Positions 1 through 12,253 of a stretch of DNA of 64,000 nt are shown here, one piece after another. The notes beneath the pieces are model-generated. The model was not told the origin of the DNA. It searched no databases and saw nothing but the letters and a program-made list of their open reading frames with translations. The first letter of the stretch is position 1; every line of letters begins with the position of its first letter. Source of the stretch: the human T2T-CHM13v2.0 reference genome, Homo sapiens; the NCBI RefSeq assembly GCF_009914755.1, contig NC_060944.1; one strand, written 5' to 3'. The translations under genes and the position numbers were made by a program.

Positions 1-1716
1 TAAACACTTCCTGGTGTTTCTCAGAATCCCCCGGAGACTCATAAATGCTGCTGTGTTGGAGGTACCCATTGCTGCTGCACACTTAGGCCAGTTTGTCAAA
101 CTAACGAGCTCAAGAGCGATGCTATTTCTAGGTTCAACCCCATGGGGGAGGAACAGAGAGAAAACAAAACCAAAATTCAGACAGAAGAGTAATCCTAAAG
201 GCCAGTTGACAAAAAATTTATTAACACATATATACCAAATCTCACCCAGAGTAGTATCCTTTGTGGAGATTTTACCCTACAAATCTTTTGCTAGCTCCTT
301 GAGTCCAAGCATTACAGATAAGGTGGTATGGTTTTTACACTGGGTGATGTTTATTGATCTGGACTTAAAAAACAGCACTGTCTGGCTTTTTTTCACTGAC
401 ACAATATTTGCAAATAACTATGGAATGGAGAGGACGTGTTTTCCTCTTGTTAGGGCCTATTGTTTTTTAAGAAAATTAACAAAAGGGAGAGAGAAGCTTT
501 AACACTCATTGAGAGGGACTTTTTATTCTGGGATTTGATAACTAAGATTCGGGGAAGATAGTGAGTTTTGGTGTAATTTGTGTCATCAAAACAACCCCTG
601 TATTAGAGCAGGAGATACAGTATCAATAGATAATGAGAAAAGACAATGGAAATTATACAAATGTATGTTTCTTAAAAGCTTTTGCTACCTATTATTTTCT
701 AGCCTATAGGCAAAATTTAGAGACATATAATGGATATGCTTATATTGATAGTAACATATCATGTAATTTAAAAGGCTAAGTCCACCTTACAGGTTTGCCT
801 CATGCCATGATGAATCATTTTGAAATGTGATTGGTCTTCTAAGGGATTGTTCAAAGATTGTCAGTCAATCATTGACAAAATAACTCTGTGAGGTGACTTA
901 CTACAGTTTGGTTTTGATGTTTACAACATAACCAAATGTGAACTTTGGAGCTTGTAAAGTTGTTCTTTCAGCATTATAAATTTGGCAGCTTCCTCTTCCT
1001 GCCTCCCTTCTCCTCCTCCTTCTCTTTTTCTTCTTCTCCTTATCTTCCCTTCCTGCTTCAACAAATTCACAGAAATAGGAGGCCTGCTGTATTAATTTTA
1101 TTGTTTGCTTACTTTCAAATCTTTTCTTTCAGGCATATTTCAATATATAATTGATATGAAGTGTGACAATTTTTAATTTGTCTTGACTTTTTAAATTTTA
1201 TGATAGAAAATGGAAACCAACATATATAAATAATCTACTAATATTTCTTAACCTTTATATATATGCTCAAGAGAAGACTTTTTTCTTCCCCCTGGAATGA
1301 ATTTTTTTTTTTTTAAAGAAAGTCAAGTATTATGTATACACAGCTTTTGAATTCTTGGATATATTTTTGAAACTTTAAAACATTATTATTTATATTAATC
1401 TTTGAAGTATTTCCTCTTGAGGAACTACCTATACTTCTTGCATAGTGACCTAGTTTCAATAGTAACATTTTATAGAAGCTGATGGTAAAATTTATGTCTT
1501 CGGACCATAATTAATTATGTTTTGAACTTAAACAGGAACATCTCCTTTCTTAACTAAACGGCCGTGTCTTACATTTACATGATTTGCTATTTGTACCTTA
1601 AAGAGGTGTAATAGTTTTATTATGTTCTTATGTCATCAGTAATTTCATATGTGAGTCATGAATCCCATAGATTTAGTGGTGCTCAAATACACTTATTGAT
1701 TGATTGATTTGCTATA

Positions 1717-2026
1717 CAATTGGCTCTCTGTATTTATGAGTTCTGTATCTAGGGATTCAACCAACTTTGGTTTGAAAATATTAGGGGAAAAAAGAAAATA
1801 TACAACCATAAAAATACATATTTAAAAAATTCAGTGTAACAACTATTTACTTAGTATTTACATTATATTAGGTATTACAAGTGATCTAGAGATGATTTAG
1901 AATTACAGGAGGATGTGCATAGGTTATATACAAATACTATGCCATTTCATTTAAGTGACTTGAGCATTTGTGGATTTTTTGGGGCATTTCTTGAACCAAT
2001 CCCCCATGAATACCCAGGGATGGCTG
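1717..2026. mobile_element. MER2 (TcMar-Tigger MITE)
   Basis: Imperfect TIRs (caattggctctctgtat... / ...atacccagggatggctg), TA at 1715-16 and 2027-28, internal 'ggattcaaccaac...tctagagatgattta...gcataggttata' matches recalled MER2. Confidence 0.8.
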
Positions 2027-2186
2027 TATATGGTTGATACTTTGGGAAGATTTTAGATTTAGTATAAATGGAAACTTAAAGCGTAGGCTTGCAGTTAAAT
2101 ATATTTAACTGCCATCATTCTAGAAACCAAGAGTTGAAAAAGCCCTTTAGGGACTTAATGCTCTTCTTTCCGTAAATGTGTAGAGC

Positions 2187-2381
2187 ACAGCTGCCCTAAC
2201 CTGGCTCGTCATCAGAGCTTCCTGGGGACCTCTTAACAACGTGGATTCCAGGGTCAGCCCCCAGGAGAACATGGCTCCATAGGTTTGGGGTACAGCCAGT
2301 AAGCTTCATTCAACAAAACCAAACCCAATCCCAAAAATATTCCAAACACTTTTGATAATCAGCGGTGTTTGGGAATCATTG
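2187..2381. mobile_element. MER5A-like (hAT-Charlie)
   Basis: 'ctggctcgtcatcagagcttcctggggacc...aggtttggggtacagcc...tttgggaatcattg' resembles MER5A. Confidence 0.55.
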
Positions 2382-2499
2382 ATGTTTAGCAGGGCGTGTG
2401 AAAGGAGAAGGTACAATTATGAATCAAGAAAATGGAGATGTCTTTTATAAAGTCACTCTGCAAATTTTGGGGGTGTTTAAAATTTTTTTTAAATTGACA

Positions 2500-2647
2500 C
2501 CATGAACGGTTAATTTTTTTTGTATTTTTAGTAGAGACAGTGCTTCACCATGTTAGCCAGGATGGTCGCGATCTCCTGACCTCGTCATCTGTCTGCCTCG
2601 GCCTCCCAAAGTGCTGGGATTACAGGCGTGAGCCACCGTGCCTGGCC
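2500..2647 (-). mobile_element. Alu (AluY/Sc-like), left arm only
   Basis: 'ttagccaggatggtcgcgatctcctgacctcgt...gtgagccaccgtgcctggcc'; right arm and tail absent. Confidence 0.9.
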
Positions 2648-2649
2648 AG

Positions 2650-3140
2650 AAATTTTTTATTCATTGACCTATAGCTCCCTAATCCTCTTACTCACTAGCC
2701 TCTGGTACCCACCATTCTCCTCTCTGCTTCTCAGTTCAACGTTTTTAGATTCTACGTAGAAGTGGGATCATGCCATGTTTCTCTTTTTGTGCTTTGCTTA
2801 TTTCATTTAACACAACGTTCTTTAGGTTCATCCATGTTGTTGGAAATGACAGGATTTCCTTTTAATTCAAGGCTGAATAGTATTCCTTTGTGTATATGTG
2901 CCACACTTTCTTTATCCACTCGTTGGTTGGTGGGTACTTAGGTTGGTTCCATGTCTTCACAATTGCAAATTGATGTATCACATCTTCTTTATTCATTCGT
3001 CTGGTGATGGACACGTAGGTTGATTTCACATCTTAGCTATTATGAACAGTGCTGCAATGAACATGGGAGTGCAGATGTCTCTTTGACAGACTGATTTCCT
3101 TTCCTTTGGATTATACCCAGAAGTGGGATTGCTGAATCAC
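2650..3140 (-). mobile_element. L1MA-type LINE-1 3' region
   Basis: 'accattctcctctctgcttc...ttagattc...aggttcatccatgttg...gctgcaatgaacatgggagtgcag...gggattgctgaatca'. Confidence 0.85.
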
Positions 3141-3328
3141 TAAGCTAATTTTGACATCATTAAACTATCATCCTTCCAAGTGCATATTCCTGATATTAAA
3201 CTTCTTGGGAAATTAGTAAACATGTATATGTGCTCACCAGGGCATCTCTGGGGTGTGTGGGTTGTGGATAAACACTTTTGTTGAAGGGCTTTTGTCCATA
3301 TAAACAATTTGATTAAAAAAAATATATA

Positions 3329-3661
<333 letters not shown>

Positions 3662-5035
3662 CTAGTCATCAAAGGAGAAGAGAAGAGGTAGTCACACATT
3701 TGTTTATTGTCCAACTGGCACATGGGAAGATTCTAGTGTCCAGGCTCCATTGTGTCCTGTTAAGGTCCAGTAGCCATTGCTTCCATTCTTCATTATCTAA
3801 TGTGCTGATTCAGGCTAATTTCATGTCTTCCACCAGGAGAATGAGGGAGCCACACTGTTTTTATTCATAATGCCATGCTCTTTGGAACCTGTTTGCATTG
3901 AGACAATGTAGGCCTTCTTGCCTTTGCAATCCCCAGTGCCATTTACATCATCAGTTCTGATGGCTGCCTCATTCATTGGACTGGCCATGAACCCTGGCTT
4001 CTGATGACTCTCTCAAAGGTCATGACTGTGTGTCCATGATGGTGACCACAAATGGAAGTCTCACTCAGCATCTGCAGGGAGATGTGAATGGTAGTTTGTT
4101 TTCTGGTCTTGTTAAATTTACTGTTTGGAACTTTAGAGTGTAAACGTAGAAAGCCTATCTTCTGAGTATATCTTCTTTTGGAATCTTTAGGTGGTAGCTG
4201 CAAGAACTCTTAGTATGTTGACCTCACCTCTGCCTTCCACATACCACTACCAGTGAGGAATTAGGAATGCATGAGAAGAGTGTCCAAGAAGAGTGTCCTC
4301 ATTCATGCAAGGCTTAAGAGAGAATGCAGGTCAACATCACCATGTCAATCAGAGGTAGGTGAGCTCACCAATTGGAAAGGCCCATTGGTGTGGGGATGAA
4401 TGGTCTTGAAAAAGCCCTTCAGGAGATAGGTGTGGGCACCCAAGAGGATTGCCTAATGTGTGGTATGAAGCTAGTAGAGGTTGTCGGGTGACTGCATTAG
4501 GAGACACAATGTATAGAATGTCAGTTGCCACCCCCACTATCCTAAGATGCTGTAGACCAGAGGTAGCATGGTGAGGGGCACATGGGTGGGTGAGAGCCTG
4601 GCATGGGCCCACAGTGTTTAGTTTAATAGTAGTCCAGAAATCTGATGTTGTCTTGTGCCGCGCTTGAGTGAGAATCATCAAAATTGGTGTGTTAGCCCCA
4701 TTCTACTTGTCAATCTTGTGCAATCACATGAAAGAAATGCTGTGCCAGCTGGCAGGGAGCTATCTGCTGGTCTCCTGGAATTGGGATCTCCCCAGATGAC
4801 CCGTGCGTGAGATTCAGGGCTCCTCTGGGCAGCTAGTGGACACATGTGGGATAGTGGGCTGGAGAGCAACCTGGAGGGGAAACCCTGGGGGCAAGGGGGG
4901 GTCCATGAGGTAGGCCTTGAGCATCCCACCTGTCACTACTGCAGACCCTGCCCTCCCTGGGAGGGGACTTAGGCCACTTACACCTGGGGCCTAGAGCAGG
5001 ACTCCCACTTCCCGCATCCAAGGAGGGTACTGGTA

Positions 5036-5270
5036 CTTTCTATGTGCCTTGCAGTGTTCTGAATCCTTCATGTAACTTAGCTCATTTAATCCTCATGGTG
5101 CCCCGGGAGGTATGAACTGCTATTATCATCATCCTCGCTATTTCACAGGTGTGAAAACTGAGACTTGAGAGAGGCTAAGTGTGTGCTAAGGAAACTCAGC
5201 TAGTAAGTAGCTGACTGGTATTTCAACCCGGGCAGCTCAATTGCAGATTGTCACCTTAATCCCTTGCTAT
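5036..5270 (-). mobile_element. MIR
   Basis: 'ctcatttaatcctca...ttcacaggtgtgaaaactgagacttgagagaggctaagt' MIR core. Confidence 0.85.
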
Positions 5271-5379
5271 GCTGTTTCTCACTGTTTGAACTCTGCTAAA
5301 GACAATATAAGGCACACTGCATAAAGTTGCTTTTTATGAACATATTACCACTACTTTATGTTTGCATGACCTTTAATAG

Positions 5380-6272
5380 TGTAGTCAACATTTGTCTCCC
5401 CCACTGCATGCTGCATTCCAATCCCACTACCCCAATTCTAACAGTATCCTGATTTCTTGTTCAGAAATTATCTTTTTCTCATGGGCATGGTCAAAGTGTT
5501 CTGTCTTTCCACTATAAGGCCAAAGGAGTCCCTTCCAGAACCTTCTTCTTAATATTACAGTGCATTTCAAAGTGAGCAAGTGAGAGTCTGATTGAGCAAG
5601 TCAGCTTTCACCCAGGACTTCCAATCATGAGCCTAGTGACTCAGAGATGGAAAAATGGCCCAAGAGCAGTGGACCCTGATATGTTGTGCATGTTTGTCCC
5701 CTCCAAATTTCATGTTGAAATATGATTCCCATTGTTGGAGGTGGGGCCTGGTGGGAGGTATTGGATCGTGAGGGTGGATTTCTCATGAGTGGTTTAGCGC
5801 CATCCTGCTGGTGATCACGGAGTCCTTGCTCAGTTAGCTCATGTGAGATCTGGTTGTTTAAAACTCTGGGACTTCCGCCATCTCTGTCTCTGTCTCTTGC
5901 TCTTGCCACATGATATGCCTGCTCCCACTTTGCCTTCTGCCATGATTTTACAGTGCCTGACACCCTCACCAGAAGCAGATGCCAGAGCCATGCCGGCACA
6001 ACCTGCAGAACCATGAGCCAATTCAACCTCTTTTCTTTATAAATTAACCAGCCTCAGGTGTTTCTTTATAACCATGCAAAAAATAACCGGACACAGACCC
6101 TGACGAACATTCTCTGTCAGTTCCTTGATTCCTGATCCTTGTTCCTACTTGACTTTACAGCCTTCCCATAAATTGTGGAAGTCTCCAAATACCCTTCTAG
6201 TGAATCCCTTTTTTTCCTTTTGCTGGCTAAACCAATTTCTGTTGCTTGCCATCAAAGAACTGTAACTGATAC
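5380..6272 (+). mobile_element. Old ERVL/MaLR LTR (MLT1/LTR33-like) split by MST insertion
   Basis: Typical 3' end 'aatttctgttgcttgccatcaaagaactgtaactgataca'; 5' boundary approximate. Confidence 0.55.
5677..6095 (+). mobile_element. MSTB-type MaLR solo LTR
   Basis: TG...CA ends, perfect 5-bp TSD GACCC (5672-76, 6096-6100), MST body 'gtggggcctggtgggagg...ccatgagccaatt'. Confidence 0.92.
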
Positions 6273-6294
6273 AGCATATGGTCTCATATGCGAT

Positions 6295-6445
6295 TCTCAC
6301 TAGCCAGATTGGAGTGGGAAGGCGGTATCACCATCCCTGTTTTATAGATAGAAAACTGTTCAGAGAGGCTGAAGAAGTTGCTCAAAAGTACACAGTGAGT
6401 AAGGGACAGAGTCAGGATTTGTTCCCACAGTATTGACCTCTGCTT
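6295..6445 (-). mobile_element. MIR
   Basis: 'catccctgttttatagatagaaaactgttcagagaggctgaagaagttgctc'. Confidence 0.75.
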
Positions 6446-6561
6446 CAGAGGGCAAAGATAATCTTGATTTTCTTTCATTTCTTTATTTTCTTTCATTACT
6501 TTTCCATTTCCATTAGTGGCAGAGCATGGCTTAAATACCATTGCATCTTAGCCAATGGCGG

Positions 6562-6715
6562 AAGCTCTCTGAGCTTTATTCCCTCATTAATGAATGGGGA
6601 TAATGATAGTAACTACCTAAAAAAAAAAACCTGTTGTGAGAATCATGTAAGAGAATGACCTTGGAACATCCTTGGCACAGTGCTTGGCATGCAATATGTA
6701 CTCGATACATGTAAT
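6562..6715 (+). mobile_element. MIR 3' part
   Basis: 'ctctctgagc...aatggggataatgatagtaactacct...gttgtgagaat...ggcacagtgcttggca'. Confidence 0.75.
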
Positions 6716-6791
6716 TCCCATGTCAGGAGTGACAAGATAGAATTCAAGATTCCTGGACATTGTTTAGGCGTTATAATACACTTAAAGTTCC

Positions 6792-7164
<373 letters not shown>

Positions 7165-7279
7165 CTAGTTGGGTTTGATGAGGATGCTGACCATCCACCC
7201 CTTGGGTTCCCCAGTGAAGATTTTTGCAGTGGTCCACCAAAACTTCGGTGGGTCATGCCTTTGAGCAAGGAGATGTATT

Positions 7280-7445
7280 GCACTGTGGAGCAGTAAGGAG
7301 GCAATGGGATGGGATGGGGAGAGCTGAGGTCTCACAGGAGGAGACCTGGTTTGAATCCTGACTCCACTCCTTCTGGGCTTCATGACTGGACAAATAGTTT
7401 AAGTTCTTGGCAACACTATTCTCACTTAGAAAACGGGCATAACAT
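7280..7445 (+). mobile_element. MIR (degenerate)
   Basis: 'gacctggtttgaatcctgactccact...tgactggacaaatagtttaa'. Confidence 0.6.
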
Positions 7446-7715
7446 TGTCATCCGGAGGCTTCCTTGTTCCAGGGGATCTGGAGAAACTCTGACCTCAGTT
7501 CCCCTAGTTCTAGGGTTGTGGCCATCCAGCCCTTGGATGTCATACTACTTTTGTGAATTCCTGGGAGACTTCAATGCAGGCACCCTCTGTTGGAAGAGGA
7601 GTGAAGAGAAACCTAAAAAAAGTTTGCTCAAAAGATTCTTTGAAATCTTTTGAAGTCTCCAGAAGAGACTGAAATGCCTTAATGGGCAAGTTTGTTTTTA
7701 CTTCCTCTGGGCTCC

Positions 7716-7925
7716 AGACCTGCGCTGTCCAGTTGAACTTTCTGTGAGGATGATCATGGTCTATATCTGCCCTGTTCAATGTGGTAGCCACTAGCCACAT
7801 GGGTCAGTTTTACTGAACACTTGAAATAGGGCTCATGCAATGAGACACTGAATTTCTAATTTTCTTTAATTTTAATTGATTACAGTGTAAATGGAAATAG
7901 TCACACGTGGTTCATGGTTACCATA
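7716..7925. mobile_element. MER3 (hAT-Charlie)
   Basis: 'gcgctgtccagttgaactttctgtga...gtggtagccactagccacatg...cacttgaaat'. Confidence 0.8.
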
Positions 7926-8194
7926 CAGGGGAGGAGGCTCTAGAGGGAGAAGATGCCAGTTATGGAGAACAAAGAAGCTCTACTTGTTACTTGAGTGGTA
8001 GAGTTTAAATTCGTAATCCTGCTGTATGTAGGGTGTGGCCTCTGTTTCTGAGACTGTAGGTGATGGGCATGCAGAGGGCCAGGACCATGAGCCTGGGGCA
8101 GAAATGGGGAGCAGAGAGGAGCAGGGGCAACCCCAGTAACAAGAAAGGAAGGACCATAGGAAGTGATCACCAGGGTCCCTTCACAGGTTATTGA

Positions 8195-8324
8195 TTTTTT
8201 TTTAAAAACAGGATAGGGTATCACTATGTTTCCCAGGCTGGTCTTGAACTCCTGGGCTCAAGGGATCTTTCTGCCTCAGCCTCCTGAGGAGCTGGGATTA
8301 TAGGCATGCACCACCATGCCTGGC
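8195..8324 (-). mobile_element. FLAM/monomeric Alu
   Basis: ~130-bp monomer with T-tail. Confidence 0.85.
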
Positions 8325-8639
8325 AATTTTTGAAAGAACCAAACTTCTTTACAGAGAGGAAAGTAATCTCAGAAAGTAGGTTGGGGAGAAAATTAGTCAA
8401 AAGATAAAAAGTTACTTGAAAGGTTCTATTTTAAGCCAAAAGATACTGTATGTAAACAAGAAGAGACTGAGATGCCTTAATTGGCAAATTTAAATTTCTA
8501 TTTCTACCCATCCCATCTGCCCACCCCATTGACCCAGGGGTCAAAGAGCAAGATTAAGATCAGTTATAGAAAATAAAGGTACATTTTCCTTCATAAATGA
8601 ACATAGCATGCTAAAGATTTTTTTATTTGATTATAATAA

Positions 8640-8800
8640 TTGCATATTTATTTATGTAATTGCTCAGTTAATGTCTATTGCCTTCTTGGTTGTAAACTCC
8701 CCGAGGCAGGGGTTGTGTTTGCTGTTCTCATGGTTGGATAAAAGACCAGGCGGAATGTTTGGCACAAGGGTTGTGTGCTTGGGACATATTTTCTGAAAAA
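8640..8800 (+). mobile_element. L2 3' end
   Basis: 'tgtaaactccccgaggcagggg...tgtttggcaca...catattttctgaa'. Confidence 0.6.
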
Positions 8801-8966
8801 ACAAGCTTAGTCTAGTGATGGGCACCCAGCAGTTTATCTGTGATTTAATTTTTCCAGCCTCATATAGCAAGGGCCCCTTAAACAGAGTAATTGAAATGTA
8901 TTTTTGTTATGTGCCACCTGGTAAAGACCACTGGATTCATTTGTCTGTAATCTTGACAAATAGTAA

Positions 8967-9110
8967 TTTTTTTTTAAGTGATAAGATCTTGCTACACCTT
9001 GCTGTAGCCTGCTACAGCCCAGGCTAGACTTGAACTCCTAGCCTTAAGCGACCTTTCTGCCTCAGCCTTCTGAGTAGCTGGAATTACAGACACACAGCAC
9101 CATGCTGGCT
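8967..9110 (-). mobile_element. FLAM/FAM monomer
   Basis: Monomer; degenerate TSD gacaaatagtaattttt / gacagatggtaattttt. Confidence 0.8.
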
Positions 9111-9637
9111 GACAGATGGTAATTTTTGTCTTCAATAGGTTAAGAGGAATGGTCACTTAAGGACATAATCAGTTGGATATCTGCTTATCAGATTAAATAA
9201 TCAAATTTAATTTATGTAACAAGTTAGAAAGGATTTTAGTATTATCTGTAGTCAAATTTCTCCAAGTTTTCAGTCAAAGATTTTTTTGCCATCGATATAT
9301 AAATGCGTACTATTATTTTGTTTTTCATTAAATTAACTAAAAAAATCAAGCTTAATTCCAATCTTGGCATCTTGTTTCACAAGGATGTCTACAAAATCAA
9401 AGATTTTTTGTGCTAAATTTTTTCCTAATATACGCTAAAACAAACACATCACTAGCAGAGAGTGGAACCATTGTGTCTGCTACCTGAATGCTGAGTACTG
9501 CACTTTGGGTGAATCCCAAATGCTTAACTATTGAAGTGATGTTTTATGGATTGAGCCTATTTATTAAATATGGGAGGTCCAGGGTCTCTGAACTGGAAAC
9601 TGGGGTCCTCTACCCCGAGGGAAAAGAAGTAGCTGGT

Positions 9638-9751
9638 TATGGTGATTGGCACTGTTCCTAGTTTCCTCAGGACTTTCCTGGTATTGGCACTGAAAGTCCC
9701 ACTCCCTGGGAACCCATAGTCCTGGGCAAACCAGAATGGTTGGTCACCCTA
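9638..9751. mobile_element. MER81 (hAT-Blackjack MITE)
   Basis: 114 bp ending 'ggttggtcacccta', internal 'gcactgaaagtccc'; 8-bp TSD tagctggt/tagttggc (6/8). Confidence 0.8.
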
Positions 9752-9884
9752 TAGTTGGCATAATCATAATTTTAAGCCACCATCTTTTTAGAGATGGCTT
9801 GGTTAGTCCAAACACCTTGGCAAAGAGAGAAAAAAATAATCCTAGACTTGGAGGTGGAAAAACTGGGTTTAAGAACTGACTCTT

Positions 9885-10178
9885 GGCCAGCTCATACCTG
9901 CAATCCCAGCACTTTGGGAGGCCCAGGTGGGAGGATCGCTTGAGGACAGGGGTTTGAGACCAGCTGGGGTAACATAGTGAGACCTCATCTCTACTAAAAA
10001 TAAAATCAGCCAGGGGTGTCGTGATGTGCACCTGTAGTCTCAGCAACTGGAGAGGCTGAGGTAGGAGGATAGCTTGAATCCAGGAGTTTGAGGCTGCAGT
10101 GAGCTATAATGGTCACTTCACTCCAGCCTAGGCAACAGAGCTAGGTCTTATCTCTGGAAAAAAAAAATAAAAAAAAAA
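9885..10178 (+). mobile_element. AluJ (Jo/Jr)
   Basis: 'gaggatcgcttgag','aacatagtgagacc','gagtttgaggctgcagtgagctat'; TSD aagaactg. Confidence 0.92.
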
Positions 10179-10199
10179 GAACTGTACTGCTAATTTGCT

Positions 10200-10720
10200 A
10201 CTTGTTTTAATTTGGGATTCCTCAGAGGTAGAGGAGACACAAATTTGAGTACAACTAGTTTATTGGGTGGTAATCCCAGGAAACACCCATAAAGGAGTAG
10301 GGATGTTAGACTAGTAGTGAGCCAAGAAAGGGTGCACTATTAAGCAAGTTACCACTGTGGGTAACTGGAGTTTAATCCCAAGTGAATGTGGAAAGCATGC
10401 CCCTCCCACCTCTCCCACCAAGTGGGAGAGGGAGCTGGGGTATTTACACCCCAGTCCTGTTAGTCATTGGTTGAGAGCTGTTCCTGGGGATGTTAATTCT
10501 CCCAGACTTTTGGCTTGCCCTGAGTGCATGAGCAGAGTGGGTTCCTGCCACCAGGGAAACTCCTTCAGCAAAGAGAAGGGACGCTGGCAGAGGGAACTAC
10601 CCTAGTGAATACTATTAGGTTGGTGCAAACGTAATTGCGATTTTTACCATTACTTTTGCACCTGCCTAGTAAAATGGAAAGTCCTTTTAGGGGCTGTGAG
10701 CCAGGCACCATGTCTGTTAT
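10200..10720 (-). mobile_element. LTR16C-like ERVL LTR
   Basis: 'tttgagtacaactagtttattggg...cccaggaaacacc...agttaccactgtgggtaactggag...ggagctggggtattta'. Confidence 0.7.
10615..10669. mobile_element. MADE1 (Hsmar1 MITE), internally deleted
   Basis: ttaggttggtgcaaacgtaattgcgattttt...ttacttttgcacctgcctag flanked by TA at 10613-14 and 10670-71. Confidence 0.88.
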
Positions 10721-11360
10721 AGGGACTGTGGGCACGCACTTTCCCTTCTTGAGTTATATTTTTTCCATGAATCATATGAGAAGTGGGAGTTTGATTAATG
10801 CTTCCTAAAGTGTGAGACAGAGACCTGCCAATATGGGAGATGATTTTGGTGCCACATGGACACTCGCTTTAAATAGCAGGGAATCACAGGGAGGAAGTGT
10901 TCTCATGTCTCAGTCAGCCCTCCATATATATTGACAAGAAAGTCTCCATCGGGTGCTCTTTTAACCCAGACTCCTCTCTTCTCTTTTAATCTTCCTCTTT
11001 TAACAGAAGAAAGCAGTCTTCAATCCAAACTATAGTATCTGGCATGTAATAATACTGTTTTAAAATATTTTATTTATTTTTATTGCTAGTGTCTATATAT
11101 GAAATATGATCTTAGCCCTCCTTTATTTAAAGTCCAGCTGGTTAAAGACAAACATTAAGTCAGTAAACGGACACATGGGATGTTAATATGATGAAAATTA
11201 TGATGGTGAGATATTGGGTAACTCTAAATGCTCTCCTTGTTCAAAAAGTCCAATGTTTCTGTGTTTGTTTGAGAACCTTGTTTTGTGATACTTCCTGTTG
11301 CTGACTTTTCTGATCATATGTTGAACCTTCTCCACATGCTAAGTTTAGAAATCTTTTCCA

Positions 11361-11658
11361 TGTCAGGCGCAGTGGTTCATGCCTTTAATCCCAGCACTTT
11401 GGGAGGCTGAGGCGAGCGGATCATTTGAGGTCGGGAGTTTGAGACCAGCCTGGTCAACATGGTGAAACCCTGTCTCTACTAAAAATACAAAAATTAGCCA
11501 GGCATGGTGGCATACACCTGTAATCCCAGCTGCTCTGGAGGCTGAGGCTTGAAACTGGGAGATGGAGGTTGCAGTGAGCCGAGATCGTGCCACTGCACTC
11601 CAGCCTGGGTGACAGAGTGAGACTTCATTTCAAAAAATATAAAATAAAATAAAAAGTA
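11361..11658 (+). mobile_element. AluS
   Basis: Full Alu, TSD aaatcttttcc. Confidence 0.95.
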
Positions 11659-12234
11659 AAAATCTTTTCCCGAACTTCACTCAGGTGGTATAAACAGAGA
11701 CCAACTATGATGAATGGTTATGTAAAGATCGCCAGTCCTGGGTGCTTTTTTGAGATTATGCTGCAGCAGGCTTTCTCAGAATCTCTCCATTCTGCCTAGA
11801 GAGGGATTTTAATTTGGTTGTTATTGTCATCTGCATCAGGCCACAAGATGACATCAGCAGATTTTTGCCGAAGCCCAAAAAAGATAAATATTTAAGAAGT
11901 ATTTAAGAGGGGGTAGATGTGTTCCCATCTTACAATCATTTGGGGTCATGCTTGCATTCAAGGATTTCTAAACAAAGGGTGGTATTTTAATAAGAAAAGT
12001 GATTGTGGTTCCAGTTTTGATGTGATTTGAGATGAAAACGATATTTTAAAGACTGACCAAAATTGCATTTAATAGCTGAAAAGAATAAACACTTAAAAAA
12101 ATAATGACCTTAACAAAGAAAGTTGTGATTTAAAGCAATACATTCTAAGCATAGTCTGTTTTATCCATACCAAATGTGAGATGCAATATTTTCTGGAAAT
12201 AGGTCAAATTCTGAGTATTTTGTATAAACAATAT

Positions 12235-12253
12235 ATTCCACTAGAGGGCGCTA
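12235..12253 (+). promoter_or_regulatory. CTCF binding motif
   Basis: ATTCCACTAGAGGGCGCTA matches the core CCAC[C/T]AG[A/G][G/T]GGCGC; retained CpG in AT-rich unique DNA. Confidence 0.75.

Noticed and set aside
14-502. 162-aa ORF
   Set aside because: Non-ATG start, no recognisable domain, no exon structure; chance ORF
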